Shown here: one piece after another, positions 9,232-19,506 of the stretch
Numbering within the stretch: position 1 is the stretch's first letter
Layout of the letters: each line of letters begins with the position of its first letter
Origin: an uncultured Pelagibacteraceae bacterium
GTDB taxonomy: Bacteria; Pseudomonadota; Alphaproteobacteria; Pelagibacterales; Pelagibacteraceae
Assembly (NCBI GenBank): GCA_902633515.1
Contig: CACPGB010000001.1
Coordinates: 3,669-67,668, forward strand
Length of the DNA: 64,000 bases
Direction: 5' to 3'
Program-made: the position numbers and the translations under genes
The notes under the pieces: generated by a model
What the model was told of the DNA's origin: nothing
The model's database searches: none
What the model saw: only the letters and a program-made list of their open reading frames with translations

Positions 9232-11766
9232 TTATAAAATTATGTTTAATAGTTTATCTTTAATATAGATCTTTCTTTTTATTTCTTTTTGAGCAAAATA
9301 TTTCATTATTTTCTCATCATTCTTTATTATTTCAATGAGTTTTTCCTCATCAATGTCCGGTTTTGTTTGAACTAGGCCTCTTTTTTTTCCATTAATTTGT
9401 ATTACTACATTAACGATCTCCTTTTTTAAAATTGAGACATCGTACTTAGGCCATTTTAAATTTTTAGCTTTTGTTATGCTTAAACATTCATTTGCAAAAT
9501 GAGGAAGAATTGGTGTCATAGCAATTAAAATTTTTTGATAATTCTCAACTAATGTATGCTTTGTGTAATTTTTTTCTATTTGTTTATTTAGAAAAGAGTA
9601 CATTTCATAAAGGTTAGCAATAATTTTATTATAACTGAAACTTTCAAGATTATCGTGAACTTTTTTTAAATATTTGTTGGTATATTTTAATATTTCATCA
9701 TCAAAATCTGTTTTATGATCTTTATTAATTTCATTTACAACTTTTTGATTTAATTTCCAAAGTTTTTGAATGAATTTAAAAGAGGAGACAATACCTTCCT
9801 CAGACCATTGAACATCTTTTTCTGGGGGACTATCAGATAATATAAAGAGTCTTGCTGAGTCGGCACCATAATCAGCAATAATATTTTCTGGATCAATTGT
9901 ATTTTTTTTTGACTTTGACATTGACTCTGAGGGCCCAACTGAAATTAATTTTGATTTATCTTTTTTTAGATACTTCTTTCCATTTATACTTTCAATTTCA
10001 TCAGGACTTATCCAATTCTCGTCAGAATCTTTATAGGTTTCATGACAGACCATTCCTTGTGTAAAGAGACCATTAAATGGCTCTAAGATATCAAAATTGT
10101 TGTTATCATGAGACAATGCTTGCATAAAAAACCTTGAATAAAGTAAATGTAAAATTGCATGTTCAACACCACCAATGTATTGATCAACAGGCATCCAATA
10201 ATCTATATCTTTTTTCTTGAATCCATATTCGGTTTCAGTTGGAGAGCAGAATCTTAGATAATACCAAGATGAACAAACAAAAGTATCTAAAGTGTCTGTT
10301 TCTCTTAACAATTTTTTTCCATCAACATTGATTTTTCTCCAATCGTCTTGACTATCAAGTGGATTTCCCTTTACATTTAAGTCTATATTTTCAGGCAGTT
10401 CCACTGGCAACATCGATTTAGGAATTGGGTAAGCTTTTCCTTTCTCATCATACGCTATTGGAATAGGACACCCCCAATATCTTTGTCTAGATACACCCCA
10501 ATCTTTTAATCTAAAATTAATTTGTCTTTTTCCTAATTTTTTTTTTTCTAAAATTTCAATTGTTTCAAGAATAGAATTTTCTGGTGCTTTAAGACCATTT
10601 AAAAAATCTGAATTAATAAGTACACCTGGTCCTGGATATGCCTCATTAAGCACTTTAAAATTTTCATCTTTATCATTTGGACGAACGACTGTTTTAATTT
10701 CTAGGTTATATTTTTTTGCAAAGTCAAAGTCTCTTTGATCATGTGCTGGGCAACCAAAAACTGCACCAAATCCATAATCCATCAATACAAAGTTTGCAAA
10801 ATAAACTGGCACTTTTTGTTTTGGATTAAGAGGATTTACAGCCTCAAGATTAGTTTTAAAACCAATTTTTTCGCCAACTGCTATAGCTTCTTCAGTTGTG
10901 CCGGTTTTGGAGCATTCGTCTTTAAAACTCAGAAAATCCTTATTATTTCTATAAAATTTTGAAATTTCGTGATCTATAGATAATGCTAAAAAAGAAAATC
11001 CAAAAAGAGTGTCAGGTCTTGTTGTAAAACATTTTATATTTTCTATAGGTAGGTCTCCCACAATTTTAAAATTAATTTCACTTCCGAAGGATTTTCCAAT
11101 CCAATTTTTTTGCATTATTTTCACTTTGTTTGGCCAATCATTTAATTTTTCTAAACCATCTAGTAATTCTTGTGAGAATTTAGATATATTAAAAAACCAT
11201 TGACTTAGTTTTTTTCTCTCTACGGCAGCCCCAGAGCGCCAGCCTTTGCCATCAATGACTTGTTCATTTGCAAGGACAGTTTCATCTACTGGATCCCAAT
11301 TTACATAGTTTTCTTTTCTATAAACAAGTTTTTTTTCAAATAATTCTAAGAAAAAGGCTTGTTGATGTTTATAATAATCTTTGTTGCAAGTTGAAATTTC
11401 TCTATCCCAATCAATTGATAAGCCAAGTTTTTTCAATTGAGTTTTCATATTTAGTATGTTTGTCTGGGTCCATTTTTTTGGGTCCAAATTATTTTGTTTC
11501 GCTGCATTTTCAGCCGGCATACCAAATGAATCCCAACCCATTGGATGTAAAACATTATATCCTTGAAGCGATTTGTAACGAGCGAGAACATCGCCTATTG
11601 TATAATTTCTAACGTGACCCATATGAATCTTTCCAGATGGATATGGAAACATTTCAAGGCAATAAAATTTTTTTTTTGAGGGGTCTGTTTGTACTTTAAA
11701 ACTCTTATTTTTTTCCCAATAATTTTGCCATTTCGTTTCTACCGATTTGAAATTATATCTACTCAT
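9232..11766 (-). CDS. leuS: Leucine--tRNA ligase
   Basis: [31 protein letters not shown]. Confidence 0.98.
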   Translation of the reverse strand: MSRYNFKSVETKWQNYWEKNKSFKVQTDPSKKKFYCLEMFPYPSGKIHMGHVRNYTIGDVLARYKSLQGYNVLHPMGWDSFGMPAENAAKQNNLDPKKWTQTNILNMKTQLKKLGLSIDWDREISTCNKDYYKHQQAFFLELFEKKLVYRKENYVNWDPVDETVLANEQVIDGKGWRSGAAVERKKLSQWFFNISKFSQELLDGLEKLNDWPNKVKIMQKNWIGKSFGSEINFKIVGDLPIENIKCFTTRPDTLFGFSFLALSIDHEISKFYRNNKDFLSFKDECSKTGTTEEAIAVGEKIGFKTNLEAVNPLNPKQKVPVYFANFVLMDYGFGAVFGCPAHDQRDFDFAKKYNLEIKTVVRPNDKDENFKVLNEAYPGPGVLINSDFLNGLKAPENSILETIEILEKKKLGKRQINFRLKDWGVSRQRYWGCPIPIAYDEKGKAYPIPKSMLPVELPENIDLNVKGNPLDSQDDWRKINVDGKKLLRETDTLDTFVCSSWYYLRFCSPTETEYGFKKKDIDYWMPVDQYIGGVEHAILHLLYSRFFMQALSHDNNNFDILEPFNGLFTQGMVCHETYKDSDENWISPDEIESINGKKYLKKDKSKLISVGPSESMSKSKKNTIDPENIIADYGADSARLFILSDSPPEKDVQWSEEGIVSSFKFIQKLWKLNQKVVNEINKDHKTDFDDEILKYTNKYLKKVHDNLESFSYNKIIANLYEMYSFLNKQIEKNYTKHTLVENYQKILIAMTPILPHFANECLSITKAKNLKWPKYDVSILKKEIVNVVIQINGKKRGLVQTKPDIDEEKLIEIIKNDEKIMKYFAQKEIKRKIYIKDKLLNIIL

Positions 11767-11792
11767 ACCAATTAATGTTTAATCTTTAGAAA

Positions 11793-12377
11793 CTATTCTC
11801 TATTATCATTAGTCGACATACGATAAGGTTTGAAATTTTTATCCTTTGATTGTTTTTTATAAGTGGCTGCTCTTGAAAGTATTTTTTTTGTAATCTCTTT
11901 TTTAAGTTGTCCATCTTGTTTATTAATTTTACAATTATTTGCAGCAATACATTTTTTGTAAAAAATATCTACATCCAAAGCATCTGCTCTTACTTCGTTA
12001 CTTAAAAATCTAATTGTTATTTTTATAGACTCTTCAGCATTGCCTTGTTCCGAATACCAGTCAGTGATTATTACACCCCCACTATAATTTGCTGAAGTTA
12101 AGGGCATGAAATCTAAAATATCAAGAGATGCTCGCCATAACTCATTAGAACTTGCAAACTCAAAATTTGTTGCTCCACCTCCTCTGGCACCTCCAATAGT
12201 GTTGTTTATCCTAAACCCTTTACCCTCTTCTAAATTTTTCTTAACTCTTTCTCTAGGATCAGGTGGATTTTTTCTTGCATCTCCGGTTTTGAAGAAACCT
12301 TCTTTTGCACATGAATTGAGGGCAAAAATTATTAAAAAAAATATAATAAGCTTTTTGTATTCAAGTAATTTAGACAT
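11793..12377 (-). CDS. DUF3576-family lipoprotein
   Basis: Lipobox LNSC; LWRASLDILDFMPL and GGVIITDWY motifs; upstream of leuS as in other alphaproteobacteria. Confidence 0.8.
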   Translation of the reverse strand: MSKLLEYKKLIIFFLIIFALNSCAKEGFFKTGDARKNPPDPRERVKKNLEEGKGFRINNTIGGARGGGATNFEFASSNELWRASLDILDFMPLTSANYSGGVIITDWYSEQGNAEESIKITIRFLSNEVRADALDVDIFYKKCIAANNCKINKQDGQLKKEITKKILSRAATYKKQSKDKNFKPYRMSTNDNRE

Positions 12378-12436
12378 TTTGAGTTTTTAAAATGAAATTA
12401 AAATAAATATACATCTAATAACAAAATAATTGAAAA

Positions 12437-12480
12437 AATTCATATAAATAGTGTTGCATAAATGCAACAATATATGAATT
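12437..12480. promoter_or_regulatory. Nested inverted repeat upstream of the porin gene (candidate operator)
   Basis: TGTTGCAT-AA-ATGCAACA (12452-12469) flanked by AATTCATATA and TATATGAATT arms. Confidence 0.55.
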
Positions 12481-12580
12481 TATTGCAGTAAAGTGCTAAA
12501 TTAAGGGTTTTATTAGGGAAAAATGATAATTTGCCAGTGTTTATTATTAATAATTAAACAATTACAAAGGAGTAATTAAT

Positions 12581-13543
12581 ATGAACAACTTTAAAAAAAT
12601 TGGATTATCAGCATTAGCTGGTTCTCTAGTGTCTGTCTCTGCACACGCTGCTGAAGTATCAGTATCTGGTAGCGCGTCAATCACGATGGACAGACCTTCT
12701 AAAGAGATGGTCACAGGTAACGACTTCTCTATGGGAGATAGTCTTAACTTTAGCATGAGTGGTGAGACTGACGGCGGTGTAGGCGTAGCAGTAGCTTACG
12801 AAATAGACGGCGGTGCGTTAGATGACTACGACATGACTTTATCAGGTGATTGGGGATCATTAGTATTTAATGGTTCAGGTACATCATCTGCATTAGGTGC
12901 AATTGATGACGTAACTCCAAACGCTTATGAAGAAGCATGGGATATCGTTGACTACGACGGAACTCTAACAGTTGGAGCTCCAACAGTAATCGGCGGTGGC
13001 GGTGGAACTAATATGTTCATCTACACTTCACCTAGCTTTAGTGGAGCAACAATCAGTGCGTCTTACCAAAACGATGGTGGTGCTGCTGCAGTATCAGACT
13101 CATATCATGACCTTGCTCTTAAGTTTGCACCAGAAATGGTTGAAGGCTTAACAGTTGGTTATGGAACTGGTACTATTCAGACTGGAATCAATGTAGAGAA
13201 AACAAACTCTACTGGGTATATTAAATATGCTGTAGGTGGTTTCACTGTTGGTTATCAACAATCTGAATCAGATCATGACACTAAAAGCTCAAGTCAAGAT
13301 TCAACAGCTTATGGTATAACATATGCAGTAAACGATGATTTATCAATCGGTTACAGCTCACATACTGTAGAGTTTGATGCTGGAGCTACTAACAATACTG
13401 ACCAAGAGTCACACGGAGTTCAAGCTTCATACACAATGGGTGGAATGACACTTGCTGGTGCTATGAACGAAGTAGAATCTATGGATGGTGTTGCAACTGG
13501 TGACTATGAAGGTTACGAGTTCAATCTAAAATTTGCATTCTAA
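12581..13543 (+). CDS. Outer-membrane porin, probably the major one
   Basis: Signal peptide ending AHA, amphipathic beta-strand pattern, C-terminal Phe (LKFAF), SD AAGGAG at 12567-12572, codon usage unlike its neighbours. Confidence 0.9.
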   Translation: MNNFKKIGLSALAGSLVSVSAHAAEVSVSGSASITMDRPSKEMVTGNDFSMGDSLNFSMSGETDGGVGVAVAYEIDGGALDDYDMTLSGDWGSLVFNGSGTSSALGAIDDVTPNAYEEAWDIVDYDGTLTVGAPTVIGGGGGTNMFIYTSPSFSGATISASYQNDGGAAAVSDSYHDLALKFAPEMVEGLTVGYGTGTIQTGINVEKTNSTGYIKYAVGGFTVGYQQSESDHDTKSSSQDSTAYGITYAVNDDLSIGYSSHTVEFDAGATNNTDQESHGVQASYTMGGMTLAGAMNEVESMDGVATGDYEGYEFNLKFAF

Positions 13544-13565
13544 TTAATTTAGAAGAAAAAATGTT

Positions 13566-13596
13566 AAAAGGCCCCTTTTTAGGGGCCTTTTTTTTT
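13566..13596. terminator. Intrinsic terminator after the porin gene
   Basis: AAAAGGCCCCT-TTTT-AGGGGCCTTTT followed by a further T run; it overlaps the last codons of the convergent gene. Confidence 0.9.
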
Positions 13597-14124
13597 ATAA
13601 AAGAATGAAATTCCTGCGAAACCTGAGATATTTATTAGTTTTAATTTTCTGATATTGCTTTTGGATATTCCGCCTAATGCAACTACATTTTTCTTTGTAT
13701 ATTTTTTAAGGACCTTAAATTTATTTATCCCTAAATAATTTTTATTTTTTTTAAATAATGAGGATATAAAAATACTTTTTACTTTTTGTAATTCTTTAAT
13801 TTTGATCTCTTTTAAATTATGAGCTGAGCCCACAATAGTAAAATTATTATATAAAGAGTAGGACAAATGATCAAATTTGTTGTTAAATGAAGGTATATAA
13901 ACTCCATCAAGTTTTAATTTTAAAGCTAATTTGAAATTATTAGCTAAAAAAAATTTGTTACCCTTTTTATTCAAAAAATTTTTTAATTTTAAAAGTTTGA
14001 TTGTATTGATACTGGTTGAGCTATAATTTCTATAAATAATTATTGTTTCTTTATCATGTTTTTGTAGATTATTTGTATCAAGAGTATTTATAAAGTAATA
14101 TTTTGTTAATGATTTAAAATGCAT
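13579..14124 (-). CDS. Thiamine-phosphate synthase (ThiE/TenI)-like protein, divergent
   Basis: DGVYIP, GSAHN, VALGGI, GFAGIS motifs; start placed at the second Met (14124), the ORF track starts at 14136. Confidence 0.72.
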   Translation of the reverse strand: MHFKSLTKYYFINTLDTNNLQKHDKETIIIYRNYSSTSINTIKLLKLKNFLNKKGNKFFLANNFKLALKLKLDGVYIPSFNNKFDHLSYSLYNNFTIVGSAHNLKEIKIKELQKVKSIFISSLFKKNKNYLGINKFKVLKKYTKKNVVALGGISKSNIRKLKLINISGFAGISFFYKKKGP

Positions 14125-14778
14125 CAAGTAGTCCAAAATTTAATTAGTATTAAAGAAGAAATAAAACAAAACCTTTCTGATTCAAAAGATTATAAAGTAC
14201 CAAAAATTATTGCTGTTTCAAAGACTTTTGGAATGGATAAAATATTACCTTTAATAGAATATGGACATCAAGATTTTGGTGAAAATAAGGTCCAAGAAGC
14301 GATTGAAAAATGGAGTGTAATCAAATCTGATAAAAATAATATCAAATTACATTTGATAGGCGGTCTTCAAACAAATAAAGTCAAATTAGCTGTGCAATTA
14401 TTTGACTATATCCATTCTGTGGATAGTGAAAAACTTGCTAAAAAAATATCTAATGAACAACAAAAACAAAATAAAAAAGTAAGAGTTTTTATTCAAGTTA
14501 ATATTGGAAATGAAGAGCAGAAGTTTGGGGTAAATAAACTTTCTGTATCTAATCTGTATTCCTATTGTAAAACTCTTAATTTAGATGTAGCTGGATTAAT
14601 GTGCATTCCCCCGTTAAATAAACCATCAGAAACATTTTTTAAAGAAATGAATGAAATGAACAAAAAATTAAATTTTGAGGATTTGAGTATGGGGATGTCT
14701 TCAGACTATTTAGATGCAATAAAAAATTCTGCTACATATGTAAGAATTGGTTCTAATATCTTTGGTAAGAGAAATTAG
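14119..14778 (+). CDS. yggS: PLP homeostasis protein YggS
   Basis: IAVSKT, FGENKVQE, HLIGGLQTNK, LSMGMSSDY, VRIGSNIFG. Confidence 0.96.
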   Translation: MHQVVQNLISIKEEIKQNLSDSKDYKVPKIIAVSKTFGMDKILPLIEYGHQDFGENKVQEAIEKWSVIKSDKNNIKLHLIGGLQTNKVKLAVQLFDYIHSVDSEKLAKKISNEQQKQNKKVRVFIQVNIGNEEQKFGVNKLSVSNLYSYCKTLNLDVAGLMCIPPLNKPSETFFKEMNEMNKKLNFEDLSMGMSSDYLDAIKNSATYVRIGSNIFGKRN

Positions 14779-15269
14779 TTAATTTGAATTTTTGACTTTT
14801 TATCAATTAATTTTAGCATAATTAAAAAATCTTTCTTTTTAATAGCTATACAACCGATTGTAGGTTTATAATTATTTGTTAGATGAATAAAAATACAACT
14901 ACCTTTAAATTTGATTGGTTTAATAAAATTAAATTTAATCGGTATTAATAAATCATAATTATGATCTTTTCTATAAAGATTTTCACACTTTATTTTTTTA
15001 TTTATAGTTATTAATTTATTATAATTTTTTAAATTATGTGGATCATCACACCAACCCATATTCTTTTTAATTTTTATACACTTTAAATTTGTAATTGGTT
15101 TTTTAACCCTATCTGATCTATAATATAGATTTTCAATGGTATAATAACCAATTGGGGTTTTTTTATCACCCTCTTTTTTTTTTTTACTTTTACCATTTTT
15201 ACCAATAGAACACTTGAATTTAAAATCATCCACTTCAAGTGTATGTTTATTTTTTAAGTAAATTATCAT
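14775..15269 (-). CDS. L,D-transpeptidase (YkuD)-family protein
   Basis: EGDKKTPIG, GSCIFIH, PTIGCIA (catalytic His and Cys). Confidence 0.88.
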   Translation of the reverse strand: MIIYLKNKHTLEVDDFKFKCSIGKNGKSKKKKEGDKKTPIGYYTIENLYYRSDRVKKPITNLKCIKIKKNMGWCDDPHNLKNYNKLITINKKIKCENLYRKDHNYDLLIPIKFNFIKPIKFKGSCIFIHLTNNYKPTIGCIAIKKKDFLIMLKLIDKKSKIQIN

Positions 15270-15279
15270 ATTCTATAGT

Positions 15280-15849
15280 TTGATGAATAGTCATAATCTT
15301 ATTATTTATGAATTTGAAGAATTATATAAGATTTTAATTGAAATTAAAAAAGATATAAATTTTAAATTTGAAAAGATAAATAAAGAAAACTTACCTGAGT
15401 TAAATTCAAAATTGAATTATTTAATATTTACAAAAAAAAAAATACCTGGATTAGATAATCAAATAGTTTTTAATCATTTTCCAGTATCAATTTTTAAATT
15501 ATTGGAAAAAATAAATATTGAGTTTATTAAAAGAAGTTTTCATGAACAATCTGATATGGCAATTGGAAATTATAAACTTAACCTTAATGCACGCGAAATG
15601 TCTTTTGGAGATAAAAAGCTAAAACTTACGGAAAAAGAGATTGACTCAATAGTATATATTTTCAAAGTTGCTGGATCAGTGAAAATACAAGAATTACAAT
15701 CAAATGTATGGGGATATCAATCTAAATTAGAAACACATACTGTTGAAACACATATTTATCGATTAAGAAAAAAAATTTTAAAAACTTTTAATGATGAAAA
15801 TTTCATTATAAGTAAAAAAGATGGTTACGAAATTCAAAAAAAAAAATAG
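15280..15849 (+). CDS. OmpR-type winged-helix regulator, CenR-like, with degenerate receiver domain
   Basis: LTEKE, VWGY, ETHTVETHIYRLRKK, GY C-terminal motifs; divergent from the L,D-transpeptidase near yggS and leuS. Confidence 0.8.
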   Translation: MMNSHNLIIYEFEELYKILIEIKKDINFKFEKINKENLPELNSKLNYLIFTKKKIPGLDNQIVFNHFPVSIFKLLEKINIEFIKRSFHEQSDMAIGNYKLNLNAREMSFGDKKLKLTEKEIDSIVYIFKVAGSVKIQELQSNVWGYQSKLETHTVETHIYRLRKKILKTFNDENFIISKKDGYEIQKKK

Positions 15850-15940
15850 ATTTGCCAAAGATCTTTTTTCTAAAAAATATAAACCTAGAATTATAAAACC
15901 AAAAAAAGGTAAGGGAAGCTTTAAAAGAAGAAAAAGTTAA
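15821..15940 (+). CDS. ArfA-like alternative ribosome-rescue factor, 39 aa (not in ORF track)
   Basis: MVTKFKKKNRFAKDLFSKKYKPRIIKPKKGKGSFKRRKS*; matches the ArfA signature KKGKGS[YF]xR. Confidence 0.72.
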   Translation: MVTKFKKKNRFAKDLFSKKYKPRIIKPKKGKGSFKRRKS

Positions 15941-16866
15941 AGTCTTGCCCCAATTTGTTGAATGATTTTTGATGATAATTTAGTTCCATGCTCCAAACAT
16001 TTATTAGTAGATAGATTGTTTGTAAAACCATGCAAATAACCGGCTGCAAAAAGATCTCCCGCACCTGTCAAATCTTTGATAGTAATATTTTTATCTGCTT
16101 CTATCACATTAATTTCACTGCCATTAATTGAAATAGCACCTTTTTCTCCCCGAGTAATAACAATATGTTTTTCAATTTCTCTTGCAAAAGCTATTACTTC
16201 GTTGAAATTTTTAGCATTAATTAGCGCCATAATTTCACTTTCATTTGCGAACGTTAAGTCTAATTTTTCTTTAACTAAATCTAAAAAATTTTTTTTATGT
16301 CTTTCTACGCAAAACAGATCTGATAACGACATTGCAACTTTTTTGGCATTATTAATTGCTTTCTCAAATGCTTTTTTTGGTTCACCTTCGTCCCACAAAT
16401 AGCCTTCTAAAAAAATTAATTCACTTTTTTTTATAATTTCCACATTCACATCGTACGCATTAATTTTGCCAGCAATACCCAAAAATGTACACATAGTCCT
16501 TTCAGAGTCCGGTGTAACTAAAATTAGACATGTTCCAGTAGGAATAGTCTCTTTTTGCTTTGTGTAATAATACTTAACATTTTCTCTCATTAATCCTGCT
16601 TCATATTTAGCTCCAAATTCATCATCAGATATTTTTCCTATAAAACCAACCTCATTTTTAAGCTGAGATAAGCCAACTATTGAATTAGCAACTGAACCTC
16701 CAGAAATAGATTTTTCAATTTTAAGATTCCCTAAAAGATTTTTGAATTCAATTTCATTAAAAAATAATTTCATTGTGCCTTTTGTAAGATTATTTTCTGT
16801 AATAAAATTTTCTTCAACTTTGCAAATTATATCAACAATTGCATTACCAATACCGAGAACTTTCAT
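15937..16866 (-). CDS. PfkB-family carbohydrate/adenosine kinase
   Basis: GIGNAIVD, GGSVAN, ERTMCTFLG, DLTGAGDLFAAGYL. Confidence 0.93.
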   Translation of the reverse strand: MKVLGIGNAIVDIICKVEENFITENNLTKGTMKLFFNEIEFKNLLGNLKIEKSISGGSVANSIVGLSQLKNEVGFIGKISDDEFGAKYEAGLMRENVKYYYTKQKETIPTGTCLILVTPDSERTMCTFLGIAGKINAYDVNVEIIKKSELIFLEGYLWDEGEPKKAFEKAINNAKKVAMSLSDLFCVERHKKNFLDLVKEKLDLTFANESEIMALINAKNFNEVIAFAREIEKHIVITRGEKGAISINGSEINVIEADKNITIKDLTGAGDLFAAGYLHGFTNNLSTNKCLEHGTKLSSKIIQQIGARL

Positions 16867-16867
16867 A

Positions 16868-17521
16868 TTATGCTTTTTTTGTTTTAATTGGTTTTTTTCG
16901 GTTAGGATAACAAGTGGTACAAATTTTACAAGTCAGACCATAACACTCTCTAGCTTTACAATATTCTCTTCCATAATATATTATTTGAAGATGTAGTTTG
17001 TTCCAACTTTTTTTTGGAAAAAGTCTTTTTAAATCTTTCTCTGTTTGAATAACATTTTTTCCGTTTGTTAAACCCCATCTTTGAGCCAATCTATGTATAT
17101 GAGTATCTATTGGAAAAGCAGGATATCCAAAACCTTGAGACATCACTACACTAGCTGTTTTATGACCAACGCCAGGAAGGTTCTCTAATTCCTCAAAGGT
17201 TTTAGGGACTTTGCCGTTATGTTTTTCTATTATTATTTTTGACAGGTTGTAAATACTCTTTGCCTTAATTCTAAAAATACCGATTTTTTTTATTAATATT
17301 TCAATTTTTTTTCTTCCCAATTTAATAAAGTGCTTAGGCTTGTAAAATTTTGGATAGATATTTTTAGTTACATTATTTACATTTACGTCTGTGCATTGTG
17401 CCGAAAGTAGAACAGAAATTAAAAGAGTAAAAACATTTCTACTCTTCAATGGAACATAGATCGAAGGATAAGTTTTGTTTAAAATTTTAAAAACTATCTT
17501 AGCTCTTTGAATTTCATCCAT
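16868..17521 (-). CDS. nth: Endonuclease III
   Basis: LLSAQCTD, HhH motif LPGVGHKTA, DTHIHR, C-terminal Cys cluster. Confidence 0.96.
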   Translation of the reverse strand: MDEIQRAKIVFKILNKTYPSIYVPLKSRNVFTLLISVLLSAQCTDVNVNNVTKNIYPKFYKPKHFIKLGRKKIEILIKKIGIFRIKAKSIYNLSKIIIEKHNGKVPKTFEELENLPGVGHKTASVVMSQGFGYPAFPIDTHIHRLAQRWGLTNGKNVIQTEKDLKRLFPKKSWNKLHLQIIYYGREYCKARECYGLTCKICTTCYPNRKKPIKTKKA

Positions 17522-18297
17522 TATTTGAAATTCATTAAATCTCTCATTGAGTAAAGACCAGGTTTTTTATTTATAAGCCATTTTGCTGCTGTCAACGCGC
17601 CTTCAGAGTATAGAGCTCTATCAAAAGCTTCATGACTCAAAGTAATTATTTCTTTGCCACTTGAAAATTTTACCTCGTGTTTTCCAATTATTTCACCTTT
17701 TCTTAAAGAATTAAAATTTATTTTTTTGCTATATGGAAAAGTCTTTTTGTTTAAAAATTTCTTTCCCAATAAAGAATAAAATTTTTTTTTTTTACCAATC
17801 GCAATTCCTTTACCGAGCATTAATGCTGTTCCAGATGGGTAATCTTTTTTGTGTTTATGATGAATTTCAAAAACTTTACTTAAAAAGGCGCTCCCAAGAG
17901 AGATTGATGCAATCTCAGTAAGATACATTAAAAGATTTATACCTAAGCTCATATTGCCAGCTTTTAAAATTGATATTTTTTTTGAGTATTTCTTAATTAG
18001 GTTTTCTTGGCTTCTACTAAATCCAGTTGTACCTATAATAACTTTTTTTTTTAATTTAGTTACGATTTTTAACATTTCTAAAGTGCACTTTGGTATTGTG
18101 AAATCAATAATAACATCAACATTTTTAAAAGCTTTTTCTGAATTCTTTTGAATTTTTAATCCATTGATATTTTTATTTTCAATTCCAATTTCTGTAAGAG
18201 AGATTATGTTAAAATTCTTATTCTTTTTTGAGGATTTTATTAGCTGTTGACCCATTCTTCCTAAACAGCCAGTTATTCCTAGTTTAATTTTTTTCAT
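17521..18297 (-). CDS. dapB: 4-hydroxy-tetrahydrodipicolinate reductase
   Basis: GCLGRMG, DFT, GTTG, EIHHKHKKDYPSGTA. Confidence 0.96.
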   Translation of the reverse strand: MKKIKLGITGCLGRMGQQLIKSSKKNKNFNIISLTEIGIENKNINGLKIQKNSEKAFKNVDVIIDFTIPKCTLEMLKIVTKLKKKVIIGTTGFSRSQENLIKKYSKKISILKAGNMSLGINLLMYLTEIASISLGSAFLSKVFEIHHKHKKDYPSGTALMLGKGIAIGKKKKFYSLLGKKFLNKKTFPYSKKINFNSLRKGEIIGKHEVKFSSGKEIITLSHEAFDRALYSEGALTAAKWLINKKPGLYSMRDLMNFK

Positions 18298-18310
18298 ATA
18301 AATTCATTAT

Positions 18311-19465
18311 TTACTTTAATTTATTCTCAAATTCCTCTTTTAATTTACTTACAACTTTATCCCAAGAAAAATTTTTGATTACATAATTGGACCTTTCCAT
18401 TTTAGAAGTATCTGGTTTATTTATAACTCTTTCCTCTAAAATATTAACTAAAGAGTCTATATTTGGATTAAGAAAATATTTGTCATTTATTTTTTTTTCA
18501 CTACTTTCAATTTGAAATCCAAGACAAGAGTTATAATAATCGTCAGTACAGCCACCTTTTGTTACTACTATTTGCGATCCACATGCTGCTGCTTCTAGTG
18601 GTGTTAAGTTAAACCCTTCTGCACGATATGGAGAAACATAACAATCAGTGATAGAATATAAATTTTTTATCTCTTGAAAATTTAGATTTTTTGAAATTAT
18701 TTTAATATCACTCATCATTTTCTCATTTATGATGTTGTATTTTTTATTAAATTTGGACTTTTTCAATCTTTCAAAAAGATAATCTGTTTTAATTTCAAAT
18801 AAGTTACTTTGGTCTTTAAGAATTAATTTTAGATTGCTTATTTTTTTTTTAAGAATTCCATAAGCGGCAATAAGTATCTCAACTCCCTTATTTTCAGTCA
18901 TTGCCCCAATATTTGTTAAAATAAAAGCATCATTTTCAATTCCATATTCTTTTCTTATTTTAATTTTTTCTTCATCTGAAACTAAATGAAATGTTTTTTT
19001 ATTTATACCGTGAGGAATAACAATTATCTGCTCATCTTTGAACCCTGCCTTTAAGTAACCTTCTTTACACCAATTTGAAGGTGTATGAATAAAAAAATCT
19101 TTATTAGATTTTAGTTTTTCAGGAATACCATTGATATAATTGCTTTTAGGTAAAACTTTGTGTGCACAATTACCAAAAACAAATAAAGTTTTTGAATTAA
19201 ATTTATCTTTAAAATTAAAAGGAAAAGATATTCTATAAGTAATATCATGTATTTGGTTTTTTTTTGATTTTGGGATATTGTTAATAAAGTTTGATAAATT
19301 TTTTTCTAAACCACTAAAATTTTTTTTATTGTTCCATTTTTCTGAAGCAAACGGAATATCCTTAAAAAATATATCACAAGATTTTGAAAGTTCTAAAATT
19401 TGCCACTGATTTACTAATGAAAATGAGTGGTTAATTCCTCTCCAACCCTCAATAAGAATATTCAT
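18311..19465 (-). CDS. GT-B glycosyltransferase, family 4
   Basis: VIPHG, ENKG, EX7E motif PYRAEGFNLTPLEAAACG, FSW. Confidence 0.9.
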   Translation of the reverse strand: MNILIEGWRGINHSFSLVNQWQILELSKSCDIFFKDIPFASEKWNNKKNFSGLEKNLSNFINNIPKSKKNQIHDITYRISFPFNFKDKFNSKTLFVFGNCAHKVLPKSNYINGIPEKLKSNKDFFIHTPSNWCKEGYLKAGFKDEQIIVIPHGINKKTFHLVSDEEKIKIRKEYGIENDAFILTNIGAMTENKGVEILIAAYGILKKKISNLKLILKDQSNLFEIKTDYLFERLKKSKFNKKYNIINEKMMSDIKIISKNLNFQEIKNLYSITDCYVSPYRAEGFNLTPLEAAACGSQIVVTKGGCTDDYYNSCLGFQIESSEKKINDKYFLNPNIDSLVNILEERVINKPDTSKMERSNYVIKNFSWDKVVSKLKEEFENKLK

Positions 19466-19506
19466 TATGCCAACTTATATCACATATGATTTTGATTAAA
19501 ATTATA

